In this document: positions 19,438-30,476 of the stretch, in pieces
Position numbering within the stretch: the first letter of the stretch is position 1
Layout: the number at the start of each line of letters is the position of its first letter
Assembly: GCA_963827275.1 (NCBI GenBank)
Contig: CAWHAA010000004.1
Coordinates: 486,847 to 550,846 of the forward strand
Direction of reading: 5' to 3'
From: an uncultured Spirochaetota bacterium
GTDB taxonomy: Bacteria > Spirochaetota > UBA4802 > UBA5550
DNA: 64,000 nt
The notes under the pieces: model-generated
What the model was told of the DNA's origin: nothing
The model's database searches: none
Seen by the model: only the letters and a program-made list of their open reading frames with translations
Position numbers and translations under genes: made by a program

Positions 19438-21690
19438 ATGAAACGGATTTTTTGTATTATTCTGTCCGTTCTCTTTCTGGCGGGCATGATGGGATGTAAC
19501 GGCGACGGCGGGAGCATGCTGCCGTTGCTGGGATTGGGGGGGGCAGGAGAGTCGCCCGAACCAGATGCGTTGAAATACATGGAGTACATGTATGACAATC
19601 AAAACGGGAAACGGCTCAATGACCAGGCCGTGAGCGGCATGCCGGACTCGGATGAGTTCAAGGCTGAGCTGGGCGAATACATGAGCGCCCCCTTTATTGA
19701 AGAGCTTGGCAACAGCGGAGAAAATGCCGAGTCCGCCAACTGGTGGGAACGGCTCGATGTCAACGCCGATGAGGTCACTAATTACCTTGGTACAGCGGCA
19801 GGCCGGCAGGCGCTGCAAAATTACATGTCGCCTGATGGCGATATGAAAGCGAACATCATGCCCGGGGTTTCCATGGAAGGTCCCATGAAAAGCAGTGATG
19901 TCATGCTTGAGTGGGACACGTACAAATCGACCATCAGGCTTCTTAATGATATGCACGGGATATTGACGATGAACAATATCATCGGTGTGGGTTTGTGGGT
20001 ATTCAGCCAGATAAATGCCATAAATCAGAAACTTGATACAATACAGGCGACCATTGAGCTTGGTTTTGAGCAGACCCTCTATAAGCTGGACACGATAGAG
20101 GCGTGGCTGAAGGAGCAGGACCTCGTTGAAGCCAAAAACACCGTCAATGCCAAGATAAAATCATTCGCGAATCTCGAGGGTTATGATGATTCCTACAGGC
20201 GTTCAGTGGTCAAGGAATACTTTGCCACCGAGCATCAGGTCCTGTTTGAGCAGGCATATAAATCGGCCAAGGAGATAACCGCCCACCTGAATGCGAGGGA
20301 ATTCAGCGTTGATTATACAACGGTCCCGGGCAGCATGCTCTATTCTCACATGGTGTTCATGCGGCAGATGAGCGAACTCCGGCTCGCCTTCGCACCGGTG
20401 TTTTATTCGCGCCGCGATCTTCTCAGCTTCAGGGCCAACTGGGCCGAGTCGGACCTGGTGTGGCTGAAGGAGATAAAAGACGCCTTCCTGAGCGATCCTG
20501 ATTGCACTGCGGACGCGACGTATTATTCCCAGGTGTGCATCCTGCTCGCTTCGTGGGAGATCGAGCTCAGGGCCCATATCGGGCTTATGGGCGGAAACGA
20601 TATACGCGGCATCGACCTCGAAAACGCGAGCAACATCAGGAATGACGAGGCATTCGGGACCTTCGGTGATCTGGACGACATCGCGGACAGCGGTTCCTGC
20701 GGCGAGGCCCTTACCGGCAATGCAGGCGATTTCCTCTCGAAAATGTTTGCTCCGGGCGTATCACTTGAAGGCGTGTTCGATACCGGCAGGTCGGGGGAGC
20801 TGGCGGACGGCGCGTATCTCCGTATCGTGCACAGCGGCAGGAACCTCCTTTCTGATCTCAGGCTGGTGCCGGTCGTGAAGTCGCTGCTCAGGCCGATCGA
20901 CCAGGTCGCACCGGCAAAGGGCCAGTTTTTCATCGATCCGGCGCTGGGGCGGTTTGTGCTTCCCCGGCCCGATTACTGGTGCAAGATGGAAACGGCGGCG
21001 AGCATGACCGAACCTGAGCTTCGCGGGGATGTGAAGCCGGAGGTGACCCTGACAAGCGGCGCACTGGCGGCAGTGGCGGGAAAGTTCGGCAACTGCATTG
21101 AGCTTAATGGCAACGCCGCAAGCATATGGGACCTCTATGCCTTCGGCAGGTCCGGGGTTGCTCCCGAGGGCACGCTTTCCGCCTGGTGGAATCCCGACGG
21201 CTCGCTTGATTACTATTTCAGAGTTTTTATCGGCGGGGCCAACAGTTACGTGGATATTAAAAATAATTATGCAAGGATCGTCATCGACGGATCTGAGCGG
21301 ACAATAAAAACGGGCCTCGACCTGGACCGGAAGTGGAACCACATTTACGTGGTCTGGGACATCGCCCAATCGCTGTCAAACAACATCAAGACTGTCCGTG
21401 TGTTCATAAATGGTGTCGAACAGGCGTCGTGCTCTGATGTATTTACCCGCGGCGTGTTTTCTTGCAGGGCCGAGTCGCACATGGGGATTTTTGGCAGCAA
21501 TAACAAGGTGGACAATATAAAGATATGGAAACATGTTGTTTCAGAGGACCCGAACTGGGAATATAGAAACGGGATCGGCCGTGAGAAGGCGCTTCATGTT
21601 ATCTACGGCCCCGATGCCAATGCCGAATATGATTACCGCCCGAAGCTGACAGGGTCAGGAAATGGGGTCGGGTATTATTATATTCCGTAG
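19438..21690 (+). CDS. secreted lipoprotein, N-terminal all-helical domain + C-terminal concanavalin-A-like lectin/LamG domain
   Basis: Lipobox LFLAGMMGC; C-terminus LSAWWNPDGS...WNHIYVVWD...VRVFINGVEQA...DNIKIWKHVV is classic LamG/pentraxin-like; N-terminal half helical with weak Cry-toxin domain-I-like patterning. Confidence 0.7.
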   Translation: MKRIFCIILSVLFLAGMMGCNGDGGSMLPLLGLGGAGESPEPDALKYMEYMYDNQNGKRLNDQAVSGMPDSDEFKAELGEYMSAPFIEELGNSGENAESANWWERLDVNADEVTNYLGTAAGRQALQNYMSPDGDMKANIMPGVSMEGPMKSSDVMLEWDTYKSTIRLLNDMHGILTMNNIIGVGLWVFSQINAINQKLDTIQATIELGFEQTLYKLDTIEAWLKEQDLVEAKNTVNAKIKSFANLEGYDDSYRRSVVKEYFATEHQVLFEQAYKSAKEITAHLNAREFSVDYTTVPGSMLYSHMVFMRQMSELRLAFAPVFYSRRDLLSFRANWAESDLVWLKEIKDAFLSDPDCTADATYYSQVCILLASWEIELRAHIGLMGGNDIRGIDLENASNIRNDEAFGTFGDLDDIADSGSCGEALTGNAGDFLSKMFAPGVSLEGVFDTGRSGELADGAYLRIVHSGRNLLSDLRLVPVVKSLLRPIDQVAPAKGQFFIDPALGRFVLPRPDYWCKMETAASMTEPELRGDVKPEVTLTSGALAAVAGKFGNCIELNGNAASIWDLYAFGRSGVAPEGTLSAWWNPDGSLDYYFRVFIGGANSYVDIKNNYARIVIDGSERTIKTGLDLDRKWNHIYVVWDIAQSLSNNIKTVRVFINGVEQASCSDVFTRGVFSCRAESHMGIFGSNNKVDNIKIWKHVVSEDPNWEYRNGIGREKALHVIYGPDANAEYDYRPKLTGSGNGVGYYYIP

Positions 21691-21719
21691 CACTGATTGA
21701 AATCGATGGTTTTTTACAT

Positions 21720-21756
21720 GATGGGTGGGGTGAATTGCCCCATCCATCTTTATTAT
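21720..21756 (+). terminator. rho-independent terminator of the LamG lipoprotein gene
   Basis: GATGGGTGGGG-tgaattg-CCCCATCCATC (11-bp stem, 1 mismatch) followed by TTTATTAT. Confidence 0.55.
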
Positions 21757-21767
21757 ATGCAGTCACG

Positions 21768-24488
<2,721 letters not shown>

Positions 24489-24755
24489 GGATAGTATCCC
24501 TGTACAAAATATCTATCTTGTAATAAAAACGCGCTGTCCTTTTGTCAATAGTTAATTTGACCGCGGCGCACCGATCACGCCAGGATTACTTTCACACTGG
24601 CGGTTTTTTCAAAACGTACTGTCCACTTTGCGGCCATATGTCAGTTGCACCAACTATGTATAATCAGCAGGGCTGTTATTTATTCTTGACTTTTTCATGC
24701 AAGGGGGTATCTGTACATGCACGCCATACTTTACCATCTGCAAGGGGAGGAATTT

Positions 24756-25679
24756 ATGAAACGATTTTCATATGCAGCACTTATACCGTTGATCGTCATC
24801 AGCCTCTATTGTAAGAAAGAAACAAAGGTACAGCGGGAAGGCGTTGTGAACCTCCTGACAGGCGCTGTCACTGTCATCGACGGCGAAAAAAAGAGCACCG
24901 CCAGGGTCGGTGATGTTGTCAGGCAGGGGATGATAATCGAAACCGCGGACAACTCGTTCGCTGACATCTATTTTGATGATAGTGCGGTCAAGATCCTGGA
25001 AAACAGCGTGGTGGAAATCAGCGAGCTTGAATTAAACATACGTGAAGAATCAGAGAAGACGAGGTTCCATGTTACAAAAGGCAAGGTTTTCGCCAAGGTG
25101 GCGCGAAAGCTTTCCAAGAAGGACCGGTTTGTGGTAACCACACCGACCGCCACCGCCGGGGTCCGGGGCACGGAATTTCTTGTGGCGGAGGAGTTGAACA
25201 AAGGTCTGGTCGCCACTCTCAATGGAACGGTCGCGGTTACGAACGAAGTCTCCGCTGACAAGCAGGTTATAGACGTGACCGGTGGGAAAGAGGTAGTCAT
25301 CGAGATGGATAAATTGATGACTCTGCAGGACCTGTCCGCGGAGAACAGGAGGCTCCTCGAGGGTATAACACGGAATTTCCAGGACGCGAAGAAAGAGATC
25401 CGGGAACGGTTTGAAAAAAAGCGGGAAGAGATCCGCAAGGCGGTGGAGGACCAGCGCCAGAAGAACCTCGATTCGATTGAAAAACAAAAATCCATTGACC
25501 TGCAGAATGTGGAGGAACAGAAGGCGCTTGATAAGGCCAATGTCGAAAAATTGAAGATCAATGCCGAGAAAACCGCCGACCAAGCAAAGGAAAGTGTCTC
25601 CAGACAGCAGGAAGAAGCAGAGCAGAAACTTGAAAGCGTGAAGCCGGATATAAAGAAGTTCAAAGGGACTCTGGAATAG
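24756..25679 (+). CDS. FecR-domain protein with K/E-rich C-terminal coiled coil (lipoprotein)
   Basis: ORF from 24717; RBS AGGGGAGG before ATG 24756; lipobox ISLYC; FecR-like ...DVVRQGMIIETADNSFADIYFDDSAVKILENSVVEI...TATAGVRGTEFLV. Confidence 0.7.
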   Translation: MKRFSYAALIPLIVISLYCKKETKVQREGVVNLLTGAVTVIDGEKKSTARVGDVVRQGMIIETADNSFADIYFDDSAVKILENSVVEISELELNIREESEKTRFHVTKGKVFAKVARKLSKKDRFVVTTPTATAGVRGTEFLVAEELNKGLVATLNGTVAVTNEVSADKQVIDVTGGKEVVIEMDKLMTLQDLSAENRRLLEGITRNFQDAKKEIRERFEKKREEIRKAVEDQRQKNLDSIEKQKSIDLQNVEEQKALDKANVEKLKINAEKTADQAKESVSRQQEEAEQKLESVKPDIKKFKGTLE

Positions 25680-25737
25680 GTTCTCTTTTCATCAGGCGCG
25701 GCTGAATGGCCGCATTGTTAATGCGATTTGTACGGTT

Positions 25738-25790
25738 TTTACTCTGACCCCTCCCGGGGATATTGAAAAGTAGAATTTTACTCTGACCCC
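25738..25790 (+). repeat. two direct copies of TTT(T)ACTCTGACCCC
   Basis: tttACTCTGACCCC 25738-25751 and ttttACTCTGACCCC 25777-25790, 30 bp upstream of the GT4 gene. Confidence 0.75.
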
Positions 25791-25820
25791 CTTTGCGGGA
25801 ATATTTAACAGGCAAAGTGT

Positions 25821-27083
25821 ATGAAGAACGTTGGATTCATATCGACAAGAATATCTGGCACTGACGGAGTAAGCCATGAGATCGAAAAATGGGCCGCCGT
25901 GCTTGAGAAGAATGGCCTGTCCTGCTCCTATTGCGCCGGGGAAGTCGATCGGCCACGGGAACGCTGTCATGTTATCGATGAAGCCCATTTCAGGCACCCG
26001 GACATCGACACTATTAACCGGAGCGTATTTGGAAAAACAATCAGGCCGGAGAAGATAACCGACCTTATCCATGTGTTATCCGCACACTTGAAAAGCGAAC
26101 TATCAAACTATATTCGGCGTTTTGATGTCGATTGTATAATAGCCGAAAATGCGCTTGCCATTCCAATGAATATCCCTTTAGGGATAGCGTTGACAGAGCT
26201 GGTTGCAGAGACCGGTATTCCGGTTATAGCCCATCACCATGACTTTGCGTGGGAGCGTGAACGATTCCTGGTCAATGCCGCTGGTGACTACTTGCAGATG
26301 TGCTTTCCGCCTGTACTGCCCTCCGTGCTCCATGTGGTAATAAATTCGCTCGCGCGGAGGTCTCTTGCGCATCGTCGGGGCGTGACAAGCACCGTTATTC
26401 CCAATACCATTGATTACGCCAATCCACCCAAACCGGCTGATCCCGGGGCAATTAAAGGGGTCAGAGTAAATGCGGGAGTGTCCGATGGTGAAATTTTTGT
26501 TCTCCAGCCCACACGCGTGGTGCCGCGCAAATGCATTGAGCGCTCAATTGACCTTGTGAGTGGACTTGCCGGCGCGGGCAAAAGGCTTGTAATCTCACAT
26601 CCCTCCGGCGATGAGGGTGATGAGTACTATACACAATTGAAGGAATACGCGAATATGCGCCAGGTAAGTCTGGTCAGCATAGAATCGGTGGTATCGCCGG
26701 GCCGGTCGGTGTCAGAGCAACGGCCGTATACCATCGGTGAGGTATATCAGGCCGCTGATCTTGTTACATATCCTTCGGCGTATGAGGGATTCGGGAACGC
26801 CTTCCTTGAGGCAATTTATTTCAGGAAGCCAATTTTAATGAATCGCTACCCGATTTTCATAGCTGACATTGAGCCAAAAGGTTTTGAGTTATGTCTTATA
26901 AATGGGTTTGTTACCGTTGATGTGATCAGGTATGTAGAGCGAATTCTTTCAGATCCGGATGCTCGTAAGAAGATGGTAGATAAAAATTATAGTATAGCGA
27001 GCGAGTGTTTTTCTTATCAAAGGCTTGAAGATCTTTTAATGGGTGTGGTGGGCTGCCTCAGACCTCGATCTCCTTGCAGATGA
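25821..27083 (+). CDS. glycosyltransferase family 4 (GT-B, Glycos_transf_1)
   Basis: C-terminal GT4 signature ...VTYPSAYEGFGNAFLEAIYFRKPIL...; 420 aa; contains an intragenic copy of GGGGTCAGAGTAAAT at 26457-26471. Confidence 0.75.
   Translation: MKNVGFISTRISGTDGVSHEIEKWAAVLEKNGLSCSYCAGEVDRPRERCHVIDEAHFRHPDIDTINRSVFGKTIRPEKITDLIHVLSAHLKSELSNYIRRFDVDCIIAENALAIPMNIPLGIALTELVAETGIPVIAHHHDFAWERERFLVNAAGDYLQMCFPPVLPSVLHVVINSLARRSLAHRRGVTSTVIPNTIDYANPPKPADPGAIKGVRVNAGVSDGEIFVLQPTRVVPRKCIERSIDLVSGLAGAGKRLVISHPSGDEGDEYYTQLKEYANMRQVSLVSIESVVSPGRSVSEQRPYTIGEVYQAADLVTYPSAYEGFGNAFLEAIYFRKPILMNRYPIFIADIEPKGFELCLINGFVTVDVIRYVERILSDPDARKKMVDKNYSIASECFSYQRLEDLLMGVVGCLRPRSPCR
26457..26471 (-). repeat. intragenic copy of the repeat core (GGGGTCAGAGTAAAT)
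   Basis: exact 15-mer shared with 34591-34605; encodes K-G-V-R-V-N in the GT4 gene. Confidence 0.7.
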
Positions 27084-27771
27084 TCATTTCCGAGTCTTCT
27101 TCCTCCGGTCGAACTCGGTAGAGTATGCCATTTCTATCTGCTATTAAACTACGCGCTTGCAAGAAATTGCGAAATTCAGATTTGACACCGCAAACCTTGA
27201 CGATGACCGCATTCGCCATCGCTGCACCCCGGACATAAATATCAAGATCACGCTTGAATTTTTCATCCGCAGATTCCTCTCTCCTTGGTGAAAAAGTAGG
27301 GGCAAATATTAGGTGAGTTCCCTGCTCGCGCATGAAATGAAAAGCATCGTCTTCAAATACATCGGCGCAGATAATCACTCCAAAAGTAATTCCATGTGCA
27401 CTGAATACCTGATATAAGTCTCCTGGTGTTATCTTGCCCACTTCAGCAAAAAAGAGTCGTTTTTTACGATAACTACCCAATAGGATGCCATTATGAAACA
27501 CAAAACAGGTATTGTAAGTTACCCCATTTGCAAGTTCTGGCATTGTCCCACCGATAACAACGGTTGACAGTTCCTTGGATAATTTTGATATTCGCTGCAA
27601 TTGACGTTTTTGGTTGTGGGGCGTTTGGTTCTGTGTGCCCAGAGCAGTGTTTACGAAAAAATATTCGGGGAAACATATAAAGTGTGGCTTGAAACTTCGA
27701 AACAGGCTGGTGTCAGAGTGAGTTATAGGGACTCCAAGCGGTTTTTGAGATATTATAATTCGAAGTTTCAT
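27058..27771 (-). CDS. carbon-nitrogen hydrolase family protein (nitrilase/amidase superfamily)
   Basis: ORF 27058-27786, probable start MKLRIIISQ; catalytic Cys context GVIICADVFED; low-GC; 3' end overlaps the convergent GT4 gene by ~26 nt. Confidence 0.7.
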   Translation of the reverse strand: MKLRIIISQKPLGVPITHSDTSLFRSFKPHFICFPEYFFVNTALGTQNQTPHNQKRQLQRISKLSKELSTVVIGGTMPELANGVTYNTCFVFHNGILLGSYRKKRLFFAEVGKITPGDLYQVFSAHGITFGVIICADVFEDDAFHFMREQGTHLIFAPTFSPRREESADEKFKRDLDIYVRGAAMANAVIVKVCGVKSEFRNFLQARSLIADRNGILYRVRPEEEDSEMIICKEIEV

Positions 27772-27839
27772 GACTACGTTTCCCATGCAACTAGTAATCT
27801 TTTATTTAATAATATCAAGAGATTTTAGTGTCAGAGTAA
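27712..27839 (-). repeat. two copies of the repeat core (GTCAGAGT / GTCAGAGTAA) downstream of the transposase gene
   Basis: GTCAGAGTg at 27712-27719 and GTCAGAGTAA at 27830-27839. Confidence 0.5.
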
Positions 27840-28002
27840 CATTATTTTAGTACTGGAATAGCATAGTAGCAAAAATATCTAGTAATCTGGGATCTATGGA
27901 CTTTAAAGATAATCAGAACTGATTTGAATTTTAAGGAGAGAAGGCTTAATAAAATAAGCTAAATATTTGTACTTCTGGAATTCCAACTGTTGCGATAACC
28001 AA

Positions 28003-28602
28003 TTACCCAAACAGGCTTTCCGGGAAGATTCGCTTTCTATACCTTTCTTCGTATTCAAGAAATTTTCCGACCCGTTCCTCGAAGGTAGCCCCCAGCTTTA
28101 CAAAATATTCATGCAGGGTGATGGTTACCGGCGGAATGAATTCCTTGCTCAAATAGCAGCGGATAGACCCATACTTGTAATCTCGGGGATCTGCGACAGT
28201 TTTGCTTTTTACCGGATTATAGGCCATATAAAGCAATATTACGAAAAACGTCGAAACCGGGTCGTCAGTAAGTTCAATAATGGTATCGCTGAAGCGCTCA
28301 TTCCAGAAGGGGCCAATCCTGCCCATGATCCGGTTATATCGCCGTGCAAATTGTGACTTGATGAACTGCATGATACGAGAAATGGACTCGCCGCCATCAA
28401 GCGTACGGATAAGAAAATGGAAATGATTGGCCATGAGGGTATAGTTGATCAGCTCAAAATGGTATTTTTCAAGCGCCAGGTCTAAGACAAAAAGCATCAA
28501 GTCTTTCATCTCATCAGAATGCATGAGGTGTTTTTTCTCGATGCAGCGTGACATGGTGTGATAGGTATGTTCCGGCAGGCAGTTCCGTTGTTTTCGCGGC
28601 AT
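28003..28602 (-). CDS. REP-associated tyrosine transposase (RAYT; IS200/IS605-like Y1 HUH transposase, TnpA_REP)
   Basis: Aligns by eye with E. coli YafM/RAYT: HuH motif YTLMANHFHFLIRT (cf. LPEHMHCIWTL), GPFWNERFSD (cf. QPRFWEHAIRN), catalytic Tyr block FVILLYMAYNPVKSK (cf. YIYINPVKHG); single gene, low GC. Confidence 0.85.
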   Translation of the reverse strand: MPRKQRNCLPEHTYHTMSRCIEKKHLMHSDEMKDLMLFVLDLALEKYHFELINYTLMANHFHFLIRTLDGGESISRIMQFIKSQFARRYNRIMGRIGPFWNERFSDTIIELTDDPVSTFFVILLYMAYNPVKSKTVADPRDYKYGSIRCYLSKEFIPPVTITLHEYFVKLGATFEERVGKFLEYEERYRKRIFPESLFG

Positions 28603-28685
28603 GGCGTCCTCCTTTGCTTGTGGGATGTCTTGCTTGCGTTTGCTGTATATACGAATGGGAGGCCGCCTTCTGGTAATAATTTTAT

Positions 28686-28700
28686 GGGGTCAGAGTAAAA
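28686..28700 (-). repeat. copy of repeat core (GGGGTCAGAGTAAAA) just upstream of the RAYT gene
   Basis: exact core match. Confidence 0.6.
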
Positions 28701-28756
28701 AAGTTAAATATAAAAATAAATTTCATTCCAAGACTCTTTGCCGTTTATTCCCTCCC

Positions 28757-28793
28757 ACGTAGCTTTCATTCCACAAAACGTAGCATTCATTCC
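28757..28793 (+). promoter_or_regulatory. tandem direct repeat ACGTAGCwTTCATTCC x2 (21-bp period) upstream of the ECF sigma gene
   Basis: acgtagctttcattcc (28757-28772) and acgtagcattcattcc (28778-28793); third TTCATTCC at 28722-28729; candidate transcription-factor binding sites. Confidence 0.4.
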
Positions 28794-28920
28794 TCTTGGC
28801 TTGCGTATTTTTAAAAGATTCGGTATTAATTATTACAACAATATGCTTCCTTTGTTCTGGTCCCGGGATGGCCGGCATGGAAGGCGTATTGTGATTTTAT
28901 TGTTATGGTGAGGAGGGAAT

Positions 28921-29475
28921 ATGTCAGAATTAAATTATGCCGATGCCGGATTTGATGAGCAATTTTCCATTAATTATCGAAAGTTTTCTCTGGCGGTAGT
29001 GAGGTTCCTGAAAAAAATCATCTATGACAGAGACATCTGCGAGGAACTGTGTCAGGATGTATTTCTCAAAGTATACGAAAGAAAAGTTCGGCTTGATCCG
29101 GATGCGCCTCAGACGCTGAATTATTTATTTACCATGGCAAAGAATATGGCCATAGATTATCTGCGGCGCAGAAGGTCCGAAGAAGACAAATTGAAGTATT
29201 TGCGCCTTGATGAAGCGCACATGGACCGCCAATTTTATGAAAATATTGAAAACATATGTCTGCGCGGGGAGATTATCTCTACTTTAAGGGATACGATTGA
29301 TTCTTTTCCTCAAAAACAACGGACTCTATTTATCGCTAAGAATTTATTCAATATATCAAAAGCCACACTATCCAAAGACAGCGGCATTTCTTTGTATCTA
29401 TTGAGGCAGATGGAGGGTGAAATCGTTCGTAAGATAAAAAGCAATCTCGGGCATTTCTTTGGATATAATGATTAA
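28921..29475 (+). CDS. ECF-type sigma-70 family sigma factor (orphan, low GC)
   Basis: Region 2 CQDVFLKVYER..., region 4 QKQRTLFIAKNLFNISKATLSKDSGISLYLLRQ; no adjacent anti-sigma. Confidence 0.75.
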   Translation: MSELNYADAGFDEQFSINYRKFSLAVVRFLKKIIYDRDICEELCQDVFLKVYERKVRLDPDAPQTLNYLFTMAKNMAIDYLRRRRSEEDKLKYLRLDEAHMDRQFYENIENICLRGEIISTLRDTIDSFPQKQRTLFIAKNLFNISKATLSKDSGISLYLLRQMEGEIVRKIKSNLGHFFGYND

Positions 29476-29672
29476 CAGAATAATCTTGACAGGAAAAACA
29501 TAAAAAAGATAAAGAAAAAATTCGAGAACCGGGACTCCGCGTCCGTGGCGCGCGACGGCGGTACGTCCGTCTATCTATTTAAGAAGATAGAGCGTGAGTT
29601 CAACCGGCGGGTATGGGACTCCCTATGGCACTATTTTTCCGGCGCAGAATAATGTATTGACAAAAAAAGAGA

Positions 29673-29702
29673 CCGGGATATGTTGACCGAGCGCTCGTTC
29701 GG
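29673..29702 (+). promoter_or_regulatory. putative sigma-70 promoter with embedded palindromic operator (ACCGAGCGCTCGTTCGGT) for the tetR-icmF unit
   Basis: TTGACC (29673-29678), 18-nt spacer, TATATT (29697-29702); perfect 10-bp palindrome CGAGCGCTCG (29678-29687) inside the spacer. Confidence 0.45.
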
Positions 29703-29729
29703 TATTATATTATAATCATAAGGGGGGTC

Positions 29730-30410
29730 ATGGCGCCCGCGCAAGGGGCTCCGGAAGCCATGGAAACAAAAAAAAGGGGGAAAAACGTACCGACACAGAT
29801 CAAGAACCAGGACCTGGTCGCGAAGCGACGGCGGCAGATTATAGACGCGGCCGTGCGTCTGTTCATAGAAAAAGGTTTTCACAAAACGACCACCCGTCAG
29901 ATCGCCGCCGCGGCCGGTCTGCCGATCGGCTCCATGTATGAATACGTGGCCTCAAAGGAGGACATCCTCTACCTTGTCTGCGACGCGATACACGCCGAGG
30001 TCGAGAAGGGCGTGATCGAAGCCATGGCCCGGGCCAGCAAGGGGAAGAACATCCTGGCCGGGGCTATCCGGGAATACTTCCTGGTGAGCGACCGTATGAG
30101 CGACCACATCCTGCTTATCTATCAGGAGACGCAGTCACTCCCCCGCCAGTGGCGCCGCAAGGTGCTGGAGAACGAGGTACGCATTACCGGGATCTTCATT
30201 ACCCTGATCAAGCTCCTGATATCCTCCGGCGATCTGCCGCCGCGCGGTGACCGCGCAGTAGAAGTGGCGGCACACAATATCGCTGTGCTGGGACACATGT
30301 GGACCTTCAGGCGATGGTTCTTCACCCGGCACTACAGCATCGAGGAATATATCAAACTCCAGACCGAGTTCATCCTTGGATCGTATAAAATGAAGGAAAA
30401 GAAACAATAA
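29730..30410 (+). CDS. TetR/AcrR family transcriptional regulator
   Basis: N-terminal HTH RRRQIIDAAVRLFIEKGFHKTTTRQIAAAAGLPIGSMYEYVASKEDIL. Confidence 0.85.
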   Translation: MAPAQGAPEAMETKKRGKNVPTQIKNQDLVAKRRRQIIDAAVRLFIEKGFHKTTTRQIAAAAGLPIGSMYEYVASKEDILYLVCDAIHAEVEKGVIEAMARASKGKNILAGAIREYFLVSDRMSDHILLIYQETQSLPRQWRRKVLENEVRITGIFITLIKLLISSGDLPPRGDRAVEVAAHNIAVLGHMWTFRRWFFTRHYSIEEYIKLQTEFILGSYKMKEKKQ

Positions 30411-30476
30411 AAAGACTTGATAAAAAATGGAGCGCTTCATTAATCAACGGGATTACGCAGGGAGAATATTCAGGCC

